From Octopus bimaculoides (taxonomy: Eukaryota): a DNA stretch of 38,428 bases. A model generated the notes under the pieces. It was not told where the DNA came from, searched no databases, and saw nothing but the letters and a program-made list of their open reading frames with translations. Shown piece after piece: positions 1-13,245 of this stretch. The position numbers and the translations under genes were made by a program. Each line of letters opens with the position of its first letter. Positions within the stretch are counted from its first letter, which is position 1. The stretch lies in NCBI RefSeq assembly GCF_001194135.2, contig NC_068982.1, forward strand, positions 181,679,860 to 181,718,287, read 5' to 3'.

Positions 1-36
<36 letters not shown>

Positions 37-180
37 GATATATATGTGTGTAAGTGTGGGTGTGTGTATGTATGTATGTATGTGTATATATACATACATA
101 AATGTACAACACACAGACAAACACACACCACACATATATACATTCATATATATTATGTGTATTTGTGTGTGTGTATGCGT
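1..180. repeat. Compound microsatellite (TA)n/(TG)n/(TATG)n/(CA)n
   Basis: Directly visible dinucleotide and tetranucleotide runs. Confidence 0.9.
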
Positions 181-575
181 CTCCGTGTAGGTGTGTTAAT
201 ACGTATAAACATTTTTATATTTTTTATACTTTTGGATGAATATTCTTGCATATAGTTCTATCATTCTCAACGCATTCCTCTTGGTTTGTCTTTTGTCTTA
301 CACTCTCACCGATACCCTCGTCCTAATTTTCATGCTTTGAAATACAGGATATGATTCCTCAAAATTTGGACTTGGGCATGTGTACGAGGGTAAGATAAAA
401 GCGAAACGAATTGGAATGGTGAACGTGATTGGACCGTAGGCAAGAATGTCGAGTTTCGCAAATTTACACGGTTTTCTGGTTAAAACTGACAGTTTATTTA
501 AAAAGAAAAGAAAACACAATATCTCATGAAACCATCGAAACAGTATCAACTAGATTATACTTGGGATATTACAGT

Positions 576-900
576 TTACTCAATGTAGCCGTCCTCAGCT
601 TTCACCACGATCAAGTCGACTCCGGATCTTGGCACAGGCAGAGCAGTTGGCGTCTTTCTCAACAATACCCTACACATGGCAATCCATAGAATTAAAATCG
701 TAGAATTAAAAGGCCAGAAATTACGGGAGGTAAAGTCCTAGAAATGCTCGCCAACAGGTTTTGACTGAGGTGAATTTCGCTACAATAGACATGTTCCTAC
801 AGGAGCAACCGTCACCAGACAGCGATTGACTACAGTGTCCAGCAAATTCATATCGGCATGTGAATTGAAACTCTGGTCCTGTTCAAAGATATAGGGAAGA
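576..900 (-). mobile_element. Degenerate Tc1/mariner transposase C-terminus, maT/DD37D-like
   Basis: Manual minus-strand translation across frameshifts: PYIFEQD...DFTSRNFWPFNS/DFNSMDCHV*GIVEKDAN...ACAKIRSRL/IVVKAEDGYIE*. This matches the remembered consensus YVFQQD...WPPNSPDLNPMDYYVWGVVE...AC.RFRSRLEAVV.AEGGYIE*. Stop codon at 576-578; internal deletion and premature stop present. Confidence 0.7.
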
Positions 901-1954
901 ATGGAGCTGTGTGGACGCCTGCTGCTCAGGTTTTTGCGGAAAGCATTGTAGCTATCCATATGAATTGATGGTCTCTTCAGTATTTATATAACATTGAGTT
1001 GAAGTCGTTATATCGGCATGCTCCTACGCGAATCATCATATTACAATTAAATCTCCATTATTCAGATGGCTTCCAGCCTTCACATCAACTATGTTTTACT
1101 GAATTAAGACTTCAGTCCTTATGCTCTCCATCGCCGTTGGCTATTCAACAACAGATAAATCTGTTTCCGATAAAATGAGGCAAAGACACCGTATCAACCC
1201 GAACACGCTGTAATAGTAGGAAGACTTCATTTGATTGAATTATTCTTTGCGTTATTTAAAGACTTGACCACTATTACTGCATGAAGATTTTTAAAATAGG
1301 CCTAAGGAAATTAACTGGTACATTTTCAGGTTATCTTACATTATATTAAGGCGTGAATCTTGTACTTATAACCAACTGGCGAAAGCAATGATATTTCTGT
1401 TTTGTTGAAGCATATATTTTAGATGACTATATATATTTTGATGACTTACGTGAAATTACATGATTCACATTGTTTTGTTTCCCAAATTCTTCAGTTCTCT
1501 TTATGGATTTAAGGCACACCTCGTCTAAGTTTCCTTCTGTCTTCTGTAAAAAAAAAATAAAATAGACTGCGGTGTTTTCGATACACTATATTATGGGAAC
1601 CTAACGCCTGTATAACTGAAATTTAGATCGCTCTCTGAGGTTTTTCGCCATCTCTGTTGCAAGCACATATCGATAGAGATACCGACACTCACTTATGAAT
1701 CGACGTTGTAGACAAATTCCTTCTGCTTAATTTAATCATATGTTATCGACTTTCCATGTTGTTCTTGGACACTAACCCTATAGATCTAGAGTAGCTTTAT
1801 TGTAAAAAAAACATAGTCTATGACAAACCATTGATCATTCAATTTGTGTGATATATATGTGATAGATCAATCAATATATGTGATATATGATGGCGGAATT
1901 TGAATAGCAACACCACTTATAAACATAGAGTAATAAATTTAGACCTATCATAAT

Positions 1955-2330
1955 GTGTGTATATATATATGTGTGTGAGTGTGTGTGTGTGTGTCTGCGC
2001 GCACGTGTGTATATGTGTGCTTGTGTGTGTGAATGTCGTTTTCCTCGAGTATGCGTCTTCGTGTTGCTATGTATTATATATATATATATATATATATNNN
2101 NNNNNNNNNNNNNNNNNNNNNNNNNNNNNNNNNNNNNNNNNNNNNNNNNNNNNNNNNNNNNNNNNNNNNNNNNNNNNNNNNNNNNNNNNNNNNNNNNNNN
2201 NNNNNNNNNNNNNNNNNNNNNNNNNNNNNNNNNNNNNNNNNNNNNNNNNNNNNNNNNNNNNNNNNNNNNNGTGTATGAGTGAGAAAGAGTTAGAGAGAGA
2301 GTGAGAGAGAGAGTGAGAAAGAGTGAGCGT
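1955..2330. repeat. (TG)n/(TA)n and (GA)n microsatellites flanking assembly gap 2098-2270
   Basis: Directly visible. Confidence 0.9.
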
Positions 2331-4035
2331 GTTTGTTCACTATTGCAAAATATGATAGACTATTTCGTTATTCAGTTTTAGAAAATGAGAGTAACGTTTT
2401 TATTTCTCTTCTTTTTAAATGTGTATATACTTTCATAACAAGAATTGAATTATAATTATAATCGGAAATACAGTATAGGATCTCGTTTTTCTACATTTTT
2501 CAAAAATCGTTTTAGCATAATAGTAATTCAGTACGAGCAAAGTCAGGATCGGATTTTCCTACTATTTTCGCCATTGCATGTAATGTAACTCGGCGTTGTT
2601 GTTGTTGTTTTTTTTTATCACATCTGTCTTTTCTTAAAGTATAATTGATTATTACAGATAAACAAGTTTCGTATAAACAAGCTACAAATATATCTGATTG
2701 ATATATTCTTCCTTTATTCATTTATATTTTTGCGAACAGTGCAATGACATTGTTCGTTTTAAGAGACATTTTACAATTGCATTTCTATGAAATACCAAAT
2801 ATCACTTTTGAGATTATTTACAAGCGGTGTTATCGCATGTTTGTATATAGGAAAATACTTTTGCAGCTTGCCTCGTAAGAATGTGTCATGGAATAAATTC
2901 ATTTTCCGCTACAAATCCCAACTATTTACTACTGTATTGTCGCCTTTTCTTCGGAGCGCATCGCGTAAAGGTGAATTTTATATCGACATGGAGCACTGAA
3001 TAAGGCTTCTTTCGAAAATACACAGGCGACGACAACTGAAGAGATTGCTCATACTATTCACTATAAGAATGAAGTTTTAAATGATGTAGATTGAAGGGTG
3101 GTGAGGCAACACAAATCTCATATAATGCTTCTCAATTTCTATATGAATACGTATATGCATTTGCTTCTTACTGATCTAATTAAAATATATCGTAAAGGAA
3201 ACGCTAATGCGCATATTTTGTGTAATTAATATTGATATTTGTTGATTGTCAGATACAGAACTAAATCCGTAAATGGAATGCAATATATTTACTTTGGCAA
3301 TCATATTTGCACTTTTAAGTATTTTCGCATTCTTATGTGACCCCAATATCCAACGATATTGATTTATGACGCTATGGCATAAAATAACTTCAATAGAGAT
3401 ATCATAAGCTTTTAAACAGACCTATATTTATTTTTACTTACATTATTGAACCATAAAATGAAGGCAAAATTAACCATAGTAGGATTTGAACAGATACTTA
3501 CTAAGTGATAGTGTTTTATTTGTTTTTAGGCAAATTTACTTCGGCTTGCAGTAATATTGAATTATATTTTATCAATTAGAATAATGTCATCGTTCACAAT
3601 GGCAAATAAATATATCCTTCAATTACTACCAGAGGACCTATGTATAGAATTCCTTTCCATTACTAACTAAATGCTGCCCTCCATACAAAATGTGTGATTC
3701 TTCTTAATACCGAAATGGACACGATGTAATTTTGGAAGTCTGTGTAAAAGACAATATGTGCTCCCTGAAATGAGAGAAAAATATAAAGCGAAGGGTAAAT
3801 ATTTGGCTGGTAAAAAGTTACATGTTGCAATAGTAAAACACATCCACAATGCAAAAAGAAATTCAGTAGCGAAATCAAATGAGGTCTAAAGATGTTATGC
3901 TTTAAAATACCGAACATATTCTAAACTGGCATGGCCTTAGACGATTGAGTTTTTATATTACAAATTGTGCACGCATCCACATACAAATTCGTACAAGCAC
4001 GCACGGAGACACACGCATTCTACAGTGTAATTATC

Positions 4036-4165
<130 letters not shown>

Positions 4166-4344
4166 TATCTGCCCGTGTATGGTTATATATTATTTATATA
4201 TCATATAAATATCTATATGTATGTATATATGCAATTAATGTTTATGATGAACGTATGCGAATGCGCATCAATTGTTAATGTACGAAAAGTGGTTGAGAAG
4301 ATATTATTTAATATAATTTAATATAGTTTTGAAAGAACTGCCAA

Positions 4345-4556
4345 TTTTCTTTTCTACTCTAGGCACAAGGCCGGAAATTTTGAAGGAAGGGCCAGTCGAT
4401 TAGAACCCCAGTACGAAACTGGTACTTTATTTATCGACCACGAAAGGATGAAAGGCAAAGTTGACCTCGCCGGATTTTGAACTCAGAACGTAGAGACAGA
4501 CGAAATACCCATAAGTATTTCGCCCGGCGTGCTAACGTTTCTGCCAGCTCGCCGTC
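4345..4556 (-). mobile_element. tRNA-derived SINE, octopus OK/OR-type
   Basis: Reverse complement starts GACGGCGAGCTGGCAGAAACGTTAGCACGCCGGGCG (A-box-like), has GAGTTCAAAATCCGGCG (B-box-like) and ends in a short AGAAAA-type tail. It matches an abundant octopus SINE recalled from memory. Confidence 0.85.
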
Positions 4557-7089
4557 TTCAAAACATTTTATCCAGGCACTGCAATGACGACCAATCCATC
4601 GCCCCGAAAGAGTTGTCGATATTGCATTTCTTGTGAGAAACATTCTCCGGAACAGAAGCACGGAGGCCCCAGCAAAAAACAGTGCCACTTCTGTAATCAT
4701 GCTGGAGCATTGTTCGAAACAGAAGCAAGGACTTCCTAATGAAAAGTAGTGCCACTTCTGTAATCATGCTCCGAAATGCAGTGCATTAGCAACATTGTTG
4801 GAGAACGAAGTTTTTTGAAGTGCCTTTTATTGATCAGTACTTCACATTCTTATATGACAGAATGGCAGAGTTGTCAGAATGTCAGCACTGAAACGCTTGC
4901 AGTGAGAGTTAAACTGAACAACATCAGCACATACTTTTGTCTTGGTCACAATGGGGAATGTCGAGACATGCGTACAATAGATTTGTCGCATGCCAAATCT
5001 GTACAGTGGAGAAAATATTTGGAGGTTCAACTACATGTTTAACACAGAATGACAGCGGCATTAGATTTATATATCTAGTTATAAACACTGTCACTTATAT
5101 ACCTGCCTGTGATGCTACTGTTGATTAAATAACAAACAGCAATGTATACGTTTTGAAGACGTTAATTGTTCCTATAAGAAATTATTACACTTTAGAGAAA
5201 ATATATTTTACCCAACTTTTTTATAGCATATATATTGAACAGATTATCAGAGTATATTATATTCATGAATACCGTATCACTGCAAACTTAGGCTTGTTAG
5301 AGAAGCCCGCTTCTTAAATCGCTTTGGATGGAGACTTGATAATGCAGTTAGTCTCAAACCCGTTTGCATGAAATATTTCCACGTTATTATCTTCACATGT
5401 TAGAAATCAATAATTTGAGAAACCTATTTTTAAGAATTCGATACTTCGCAAAGTATCGTCTTCGCTGTTTGAAATTCCTAAAAATTATCAAATAGTAATA
5501 ATTGTGTTCAACATTTACTATGGTGCATTTACTTGATATATTTTGGGACAGAAGAATCAAAATGTTTCAATAATGTTGATTAATTCTAACACTTGCGAAT
5601 TAAATCTATCGATATTATTCGAAATATTCTTCTGCTAATGTACGTAAAGTGTCGTTATGAGACCTACCAAATATTGATTAAAAGCTATCTCATTTTATTC
5701 GCAGTGTCTGCCTGTATCGGGTATGATGTTCAATCTATCTCGTTGTTGAATGCTGAAAATATCGCTTGCAAAGCTAACATATATACACTGAAAAAGATTA
5801 AATTCATGCGCGTTTTACAAATAAGATTAATTTCACTGATGTTCCCATGCTGAACATTAGCAACATTTGTTGAAAGCATTATTACACAATGACTCCTATT
5901 TTGCGCATTTTTTTCTCGTTTGGATACAAATTTGAGAAGCGGAGACTGACAATTACATAGATAGATACATAAATATGCATAAATAAATAAATATATATAT
6001 ATATATATATACGTTTGTATTTATGTGTGTGTATGTGTGTAGATTTACACACACACTTCAATAGAATGTAAACCTTGGAAAATATAATTCTGCTCATAGA
6101 TTCAACACTGAATGTAATATATAGTAAATAAATTCCATATCTTTAGGTTAACGGCGAGATTTCTTTAAGGTAAATAATACACACATTTTTATGAATGCTT
6201 TTAACTTATGTTACACTTGATGTATTACTCATTCACAGTGAAAATTCTGAGATCAAATCCTATCAATGTGAGTTTACTTTTCATAATTCAAAGATCAATA
6301 ACATATATTTCCAATCAAGTATTTGTTTCAATATATTTTACAAATGAAAGCGAATTGTTCCCTTATCAACTACAATTTCTGTTATCCTTCATAAATAACC
6401 TAATTTTGTTGAAGGATATTCCGAATAAAATTAGCCGAACAAAGTAAACATTTTTCTACATAACACAAAGATTAAGATCTTACTTTGAAATGTTTCGTCA
6501 ATGTGCAAAAATACAAAAGAATAATTGGAAGCATTATGGTTCTAACTTTATATTTGCATATTTTTGCAGGTGGCTTCAAATCATTAGTTATATTTGTTTC
6601 ATGAATAAGATACCAAATAAGCATGCCCTATTAAGTCCAAGGGACTTCATTCTCATGAACTTTCACACATTTCAGCTTATAATATTCGTGTGTTTCATTT
6701 TGTCTCAAACCTGTCATAAATCTGCGCCTGCAAAATTTAATCTATACGAAATTTCTTGCTTACAATTTTTGTTATCTTTTTCAACTAACTGGAAGTAAAC
6801 TGGCACGATATAAATTGTCAGGCTATCGATGAACATTATTCCTTATATAAATTTTCTTGATGAACTGCCTATTATAACGTCTTCTTGTGTTGCTCTATCA
6901 TTCCTTGGTCCTTTCGTTCAATACGTCTTTCTTGAAAATAATGAAAAGGCATACGGTTGTTAACCCTGGAGGTTCTGCCATTAATTTCGTCTACTGGTAC
7001 GGGCTACCAGATATGACTTTAGTCGGTTGTTTTAAAGATTATATTTCTGGACATTCCACAAATATCCGTTAAGATTATATAATTATTCA

Positions 7090-7345
7090 CAAGAAAGTAC
7101 CGAAAGAGATATAAACCTGTGCAAGGTCAGTCGAATATGAAGGATGATGGAAATGTTCCCAGTCAATTCCCAATAATTTCAAACGTATCTGAAGTGTGTG
7201 ATCTGGCATTGTTGTTATTAATGGCAAAGCTCTTACGATTTGCAAGTGCTGGATGCTTCTGGTGGATCATTGCTTTTAATTTCTCGAACTGGTGCCTGTA
7301 CACAACCGAACAGATGGTCCAGTCCGTTAGCAGAAGCTCGTAAAT
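7090..7345 (-). mobile_element. Degenerate mariner (DD34D) transposase fragment
   Basis: Minus-strand translation VYRHQFEKLKAMIHQKHPALANRKSFAINNNNARSHTSD/RLKLLGIDWEHFHHPSYSTDLAQ..LFRYF corresponds to mariner YCQQL..L...I.QKRP.LANRKGV.FH.DNARPHT...KL..LGWE.L.HP.YSPDLAP..LFR. It may extend to about 6880. Confidence 0.8.
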
Positions 7346-8282
7346 ACAACACCCTAAAAACTTCAGAAAATTAAAATCTTTGAATGAAGTTCTGCTTTGG
7401 AGGTTGCTTGTGGTTATTCACTGCACTGACCTTATGATAGTTTGCGATTCACATTGCTGTAGAGTATCCATTTCCGTCTCATATTAGCACATGATTTTCT
7501 TTAAAAGGGTTTATTTTAACGTTTCTCCAACGAAGCGTAGATGGAAAACGCTTGGATTCCTCATTCAATTAATGTGGGAGCAGAACACATATGTAACCAA
7601 GTTTCATATATATGATTTGCTTCTATAGATAATATCTGCGATCATCTTAGTCGTATTAAGGAGTGGCCGGTGTCGTTTAACTCCTTTTCGTGCTGTTAAT
7701 CTATGCTGACCGACTAGATCGAGGACCGAAAAGTTTCCCGATTGAAATTATGAAAGCCCACTAAAGCATGCACATCTAGCGATAGCAGCTTCTCTCTAAG
7801 TCTTTATGCATGTTTCCACCACGTACTTATCCTTTTCAGAATGGAAAAACGTGAGGTGTCGATAATGTTCGTTTTGGCACTCCATTTTTAGAGTAAACCC
7901 ATGCACACAAAATATAGCCTCACGTGTTTGCGTTAAATTACATTCAAGTTTCAAGAATCGAGCAATGTGTATATTTAACGGACAGACTGAATATAACTAC
8001 TTATTAGAATTCTTGAATTTTAGAATGGATTGCTGGCCAACCCAATATATATGTGTGCATTTCTGTTTGTGCATGTATGTATATTCTTTTGTTGACTCTT
8101 GTTTAGTAGATATATGAGCGACATTGTTGCAACGCAGAATATTTTAATTTCAGTACATTCGCGAAAACTTTATCAAATGTTTCCTTCACTATTTACAGTC
8201 TATAGAGAGTGATTTAGCAGTTGTTTCTTCGATATCAAGCACACGGGTCGAATATGGCATACGTTTAGGCTGCTGCACCTAC

Positions 8283-8302
8283 CGCCACTGCTGCTACTGC
8301 TG

Positions 8303-8366
<64 letters not shown>

Positions 8367-8455
8367 CACTACTACTACTACTACTGCTGTTGCTGCTACT
8401 ACAACTACTACTACTAAACATATAGTTGTACTACTACTACTAATAATAATAATGA
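8283..8455. repeat. (CTA)n trinucleotide microsatellite with CTG/TAA variants
   Basis: Directly visible; explains the poly-Ser and poly-Val ORFs. Confidence 0.95.
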
Positions 8456-8879
8456 TGTTAATAATACATCTTGTTCTTCTCTGTGTGCTGTACAACTTAT
8501 AATAAACATAATGAAATGATGATAATAAGTAGAGCAAGAAAAAAGGTAGAAAGGGAAGAGGAAACGAATCATAGCAATTTAACATTTGATAAGTTCTTCT
8601 GTGTTCTAATTTAACATAATATATATTAGTTAAGTATTTCCAATGTATTGATTTTACGTATCCTCATTTACAAAGTAAATCAATTATGACTATATAAACT
8701 ACTTACAGGAACATATATGTGATACACTGAAGTAAATGGATATGATAAACAACGAAGAATAGTGAACAACGAGATATCTGTAAACAGAATTTTGAATATG
8801 ATATGTATGAATGTATACGTGTGTGTGTGTGTATGTGTGTCAGTAAATATGTATATATTAATATCATATATGTATCATA

Positions 8880-9234
8880 GGCGTAGGAGTGGCTGTGTGG
8901 CAAGTAGCTTGCTTACAAACCACATGGTTCCGGGTTTAGTAGTCCCACTGCGTGGTACTTTGTGCAAGTGTCTTCTATTATAGCCTACGCCCGACAAAAG
9001 CCTTGTGAGTGGATTTGGTAGAGATGTATATATGTATGTATGTGCGTGTGTATGTTTGTGTATCTGTGTTTATCCCCTCAACATCGCTTGACAACCGATG
9101 GTGTGTTTACGTATAGAATAAGTACTAGGCTTACAAAGAATAAGTCCTGGGGTCGATTTGCTCGACTAAAGGTGGTGCTCCAGCATGGTCACAGTCAAAT
9201 AACTGAAATAAGTAAAAGAGTAAAAGAGTAAAAA
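8880..9234 (+). mobile_element. tRNA-derived SINE, octopus OR-type
   Basis: GGCGTAGGAGTGGCTGTGTGG head, GTTCCGGGTTTAGTAGTCCCACTGCG B-box region, internal (TG)-rich tract and GTAAAAGAGTAAAAGAG tail; recalled octopus SINE. Confidence 0.85.
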
Positions 9235-9904
9235 TGTAAACGTATATAAATTTTGGATATTTTCTGCAGATATATTAAATACGTCTTCGAATGACACAAC
9301 CTAAAAAGATATGCAAATATGCTATTTCGCTTGAATGCGAAGTAGTATAAAATGAGTTAAATAAGAAAAATTTATATCATTAGGATCAGAAAATAATTAG
9401 ATTATAGATAATATGGAATCACTATCTTTTTTATATATAATCATGTAGTTAAACGTGTTACAATGATTGATCAATGCATTTAACATTATAGATATTGTAT
9501 ATATATATATATATTGGTAAATATACCGTCATATGTTCTTAAACTAAATTATACGTTTACGAATATGATGATGCATGCCGTTACAACTATAGTTTCATCC
9601 ACTTTTATTTAATCAACAAAAACTAACAACATGAAGTTTAAAATAGGAGCTACAGCAGTAATGAAAGTGTCCTATAAAGCAGTTATTTACTTGAAAATAT
9701 TCCTCTCGAATAAATACATTTACATCAGTTATATAAATATTTTTGTATTTTTCTCTGCTTTTTTTCAGGGATTTAACAATAGCATTATGTTGATATAATA
9801 ATTCATTTAAACAAACATTGCTATACAACATCATTTCCCTCAAAAAACATTGTATATGTTGTGCTCTATAAAAACAATATGTTAAAAGGATATTTTGTGA
9901 TGCG

Positions 9905-9940
9905 TATACACACATACACACACACACATACATACATACA

Positions 9941-10021
<81 letters not shown>
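9905..10021. repeat. (CA)n-(TACA)n-(TA)n microsatellite
   Basis: Directly visible. Confidence 0.95.
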
Positions 10022-10025
<4 letters not shown>

Positions 10026-12639
10026 TTCACTGTATTCATTCTAAGAAAATACCTACTTTGTGTTATTTTCCAAAAACATGAATCTCAATTCATAAGTATT
10101 ATGAGGTTGGCGATATGTAGAGTATAGGTTCATTCTGAAAAGAGATGCAAGAAGTTCATTCATAAATTGTGTATCACAATGGAATGGATGCGAGGATAAT
10201 TATTATCATCTTCCTTGCGACTTTAGTTCGCATCCTGTCATGCTACAGAAGTATATTTGTGTGTGCGTGTGTGTGTGTCTGTGTGTGCATGCGTGTTAGT
10301 GTGTGTGTGTGCGTGCGTGTTAGAGTGTGTGTGTGGGTGTGTTTCTTATTAAATGCAACTCCCAGCAGAAAATGAGGGAAAATGGAATCAATAAACTAAT
10401 TCGAGTACATTAGTGCCCTACAATATTTGCATTAAATTTTGCCAAAATAAAAGTCTATGCGATATCAGATTTAGCGAACAGATATTTTTATTATACACAA
10501 TATTATTATATTTAGTGACTGTAACGTTCCCACTTTTATTTAATAGACATAACATTTCGAGTAAATCAGTTTTGTTATGTTCCTTCAATGACGAACTGTT
10601 TTCGAGATACCGAACCATTATAAATGTAATTTGTTTTACTATAGAACTGTCTCACGGTGTTTCTCATATTATTATAACTAGATACCTATAGCCATTATTC
10701 ATGTCGTGAGAAAATAAAAACGAACCTCTCGCAACCATGTTGATTTACTATCAGGTCCCTTCTTATACATGCAATATCATATCGTAGAGTTGTAAAAAGA
10801 AAGCGTCCCTGATGAAAACTAGCTGATATACATCCTAAAAGTAACATGCTGAGAGTGTCCTGTGTGTATTCAGGTGAATCTGAGCATTTGTTTCTACAGC
10901 TTAAAAGAAGAGCTACCTTGACATACAAATTGAAATAATATACATCAGTGAATTCTACAAGTAGCCTTTTACATAGTGAGAACATATTCAAAAATATAAA
11001 ACGTCAAGTATTTCAAAAATATGACCAGTCTAAATCGTACCATACTGAAGTCAATGAGCGATTAAGAGAATAACTGTAAAACATATAACTCAACGTGACA
11101 CATAGTGATTATAAATCGGTGGTCATGAGCCCAAATTCACTGCAGACAAGATGGATATATGTCATTCCCTTTCCGGAAACCAAAACTAGATGTTTTATTA
11201 AAACTTCTTTGTGGCATGGAAAGAAATTTCTGGGAAGTTAATTACTTGCCGAATTCTCACACTGTACAAGCATAGTTATTGCAGTCGATTGTTCGGGCAT
11301 TTCATTCAAACATCTTACTGTAAGTGACAACCATTTTTAAAATTAAGGTTCTCTTTTACTGGCGCACATTTTATACGTTCATAGCATTTTATCGCTGTAC
11401 AAAATGATAAAATTGAAATCTAGGGATATTGAGACGGATTTTGAAAAACTTGCCGACTAACGATCACACAGTGGAGATATGTGCAGAGGCATCTGCCAGA
11501 CGCTTCCTCTGATCTCAAAAGTATAAGGATGCCGATGAAATTCCTGTCTACACCAAATCGACAAGAATCTACACCCAGGATATAATCTCCAAGGTGTCTA
11601 TGAATATGACCGTCCATCTCATTGAAGACTGGCTGTCTTAGTAATTTTCCAAATAATTGATATATAATACAGAGAGAAAATTACCTCCAAACACTATTCG
11701 TTCTATTGGTCCAACAAAGAAATTGCTCTAAATGTTACTCTCTGAATCGCTGCATCATTATTTAATACAGAGGTATTCTTTGGAAAGATATTGCACAGTA
11801 GAGCTGCCAGTTGTTACAGACTGTTCTAGGAAATTGTCATTCCTACAAGTCAATAGATTTCATAATGCATGCGGAAGTAACTAACAATTTGGCAAATTCA
11901 AAGAACAAATGTTTGGAACATTCATTTCTACTATTACTTTGCCTGTATACATATCTTTTGTATGAACGTCTTTTAACTACTGGCTAGTTAAAAAATATAC
12001 TTTTGCAGGATATGTTTGTAATGTATGTATGCATTTTCGTAATTACGTAAATTTTATTATGTACCAATTCTAAAATATAATTGCCTGCGATTTAGAGTTA
12101 ACGTACGCCATGCTAGCAGAACACGCTAAGATGAGAAATTGTTATAAAAATGTGGTACCTATTAGAATTATGCTATTTATCCTGGAGGAGAACGTCGCTC
12201 ATAGATTTTTGATATAGTCATAACATTCTACGAGTATTGTAAATTAATAGGTTAGAAGGTCTTGACATCTTTGCACATAGATCACTCTTTATTATGACAG
12301 TGATGGTCAATTCATTTTGTGATGTATTGGTATCTACTGAATAGGCGCCGTATGATAGCATTAGACCAACCCATTGAAGTATAAATATAACTATTAGAGT
12401 AGCGTTGTAGTTAAGCATATTTATTGCATGTAGAAGCATGCGCGCAAATACGCGTATATGAACACACACATGACTTCTCAAATTTAATGCCAAGATACCG
12501 GATTTCTTCTTTCTCAACGGCGTGCTTATTTCTAAAGCATAATCCCATCAAATGTTCACATGCTGGTCTTGCTGAAAAGTAAGTACACTGAAACTCTCTT
12601 ACCTTAGAGTGCACTTCGAAGAGGCGCAATTGCTCACTA

Positions 12640-12681
<42 letters not shown>

Positions 12682-12951
12682 GTGCGCGCACTCAATTAAT
12701 CTGTTATCTCTTAACTTACTACACTGTTTTCGTTTCCCTCTTTTAAAGTAGGAAAAGTTACTTAATGTCTGATTGCATTTTTCACCGTTATATTTGGTAA
12801 ATGGAACTAGCAAATAGTTTTATGTATCTTCTCCATTACATAGTAAATTTTCCATGCTAGGGCTTCTCAAAAATTTGTTTTTACCTATGAACACCTTTGA
12901 TTGCTACTTCATTCTGTTGCACTCCCATAGCCATTTGATATTTAAAAACTT

Positions 12952-13245
12952 TTGGGTTGTCCGGAAATTTCGTGCCGGTTTATAGTAGCTTACCTTTCGA
13001 CTTATTTTAGAACATTGTTGAGTCCATAGAGTAGGATTTGACTACACCTCCATTTAGAGCCCAGTTTCAGCTATCTTTTCGTAGAAGAAGGTTTATGTTC
13101 CTATAACCTGTGTTAATTCTGTAACCCTTTAAAATGGAAGATAATAAAGTTCATTTTCGGCATTTGATGTTTTTCTTTTTCCGTAAAGGTAAAAATGCCT
13201 CACAAGCAACCAAAGAAATATGCACAGTTTACGGTGATGTTTCTT
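12952..13245 (+). mobile_element. Mariner element 5' end (family A): TIR plus transposase N-terminus, truncated
   Basis: Mariner-like TIR TTGGGTTGTCCGGAAATTTCGTGCCG, then ORF at 13134 MEDNKVHFRHLMFFFFRKGKNASQATKEICTVYGD (mariner HTH start), which breaks off. Confidence 0.85.

Noticed and set aside
298-549. IPIRFAF...PVF...SVRV resembling PIF1 helicase motifs V-VI
   Set aside because: The diagnostic TINKSQGQ and HGQLYV motifs are absent in all frames
5330-6530. Possible MULE transposase (minus-strand HIDETF and NNVEIFHAN)
   Set aside because: Motifs are too far apart, the intervening frames are full of stops, and a competing look-alike lies on the opposite strand
12411-12640. Strong minus-strand donor (AAG|GTAAGA) and acceptor (TTACTTTTCAG), plus EKEEIRYLGIKF resembling an RT C-terminus
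   Set aside because: The sites are only 31 nt apart, there is no coherent gene model, and the peptide similarity is too short
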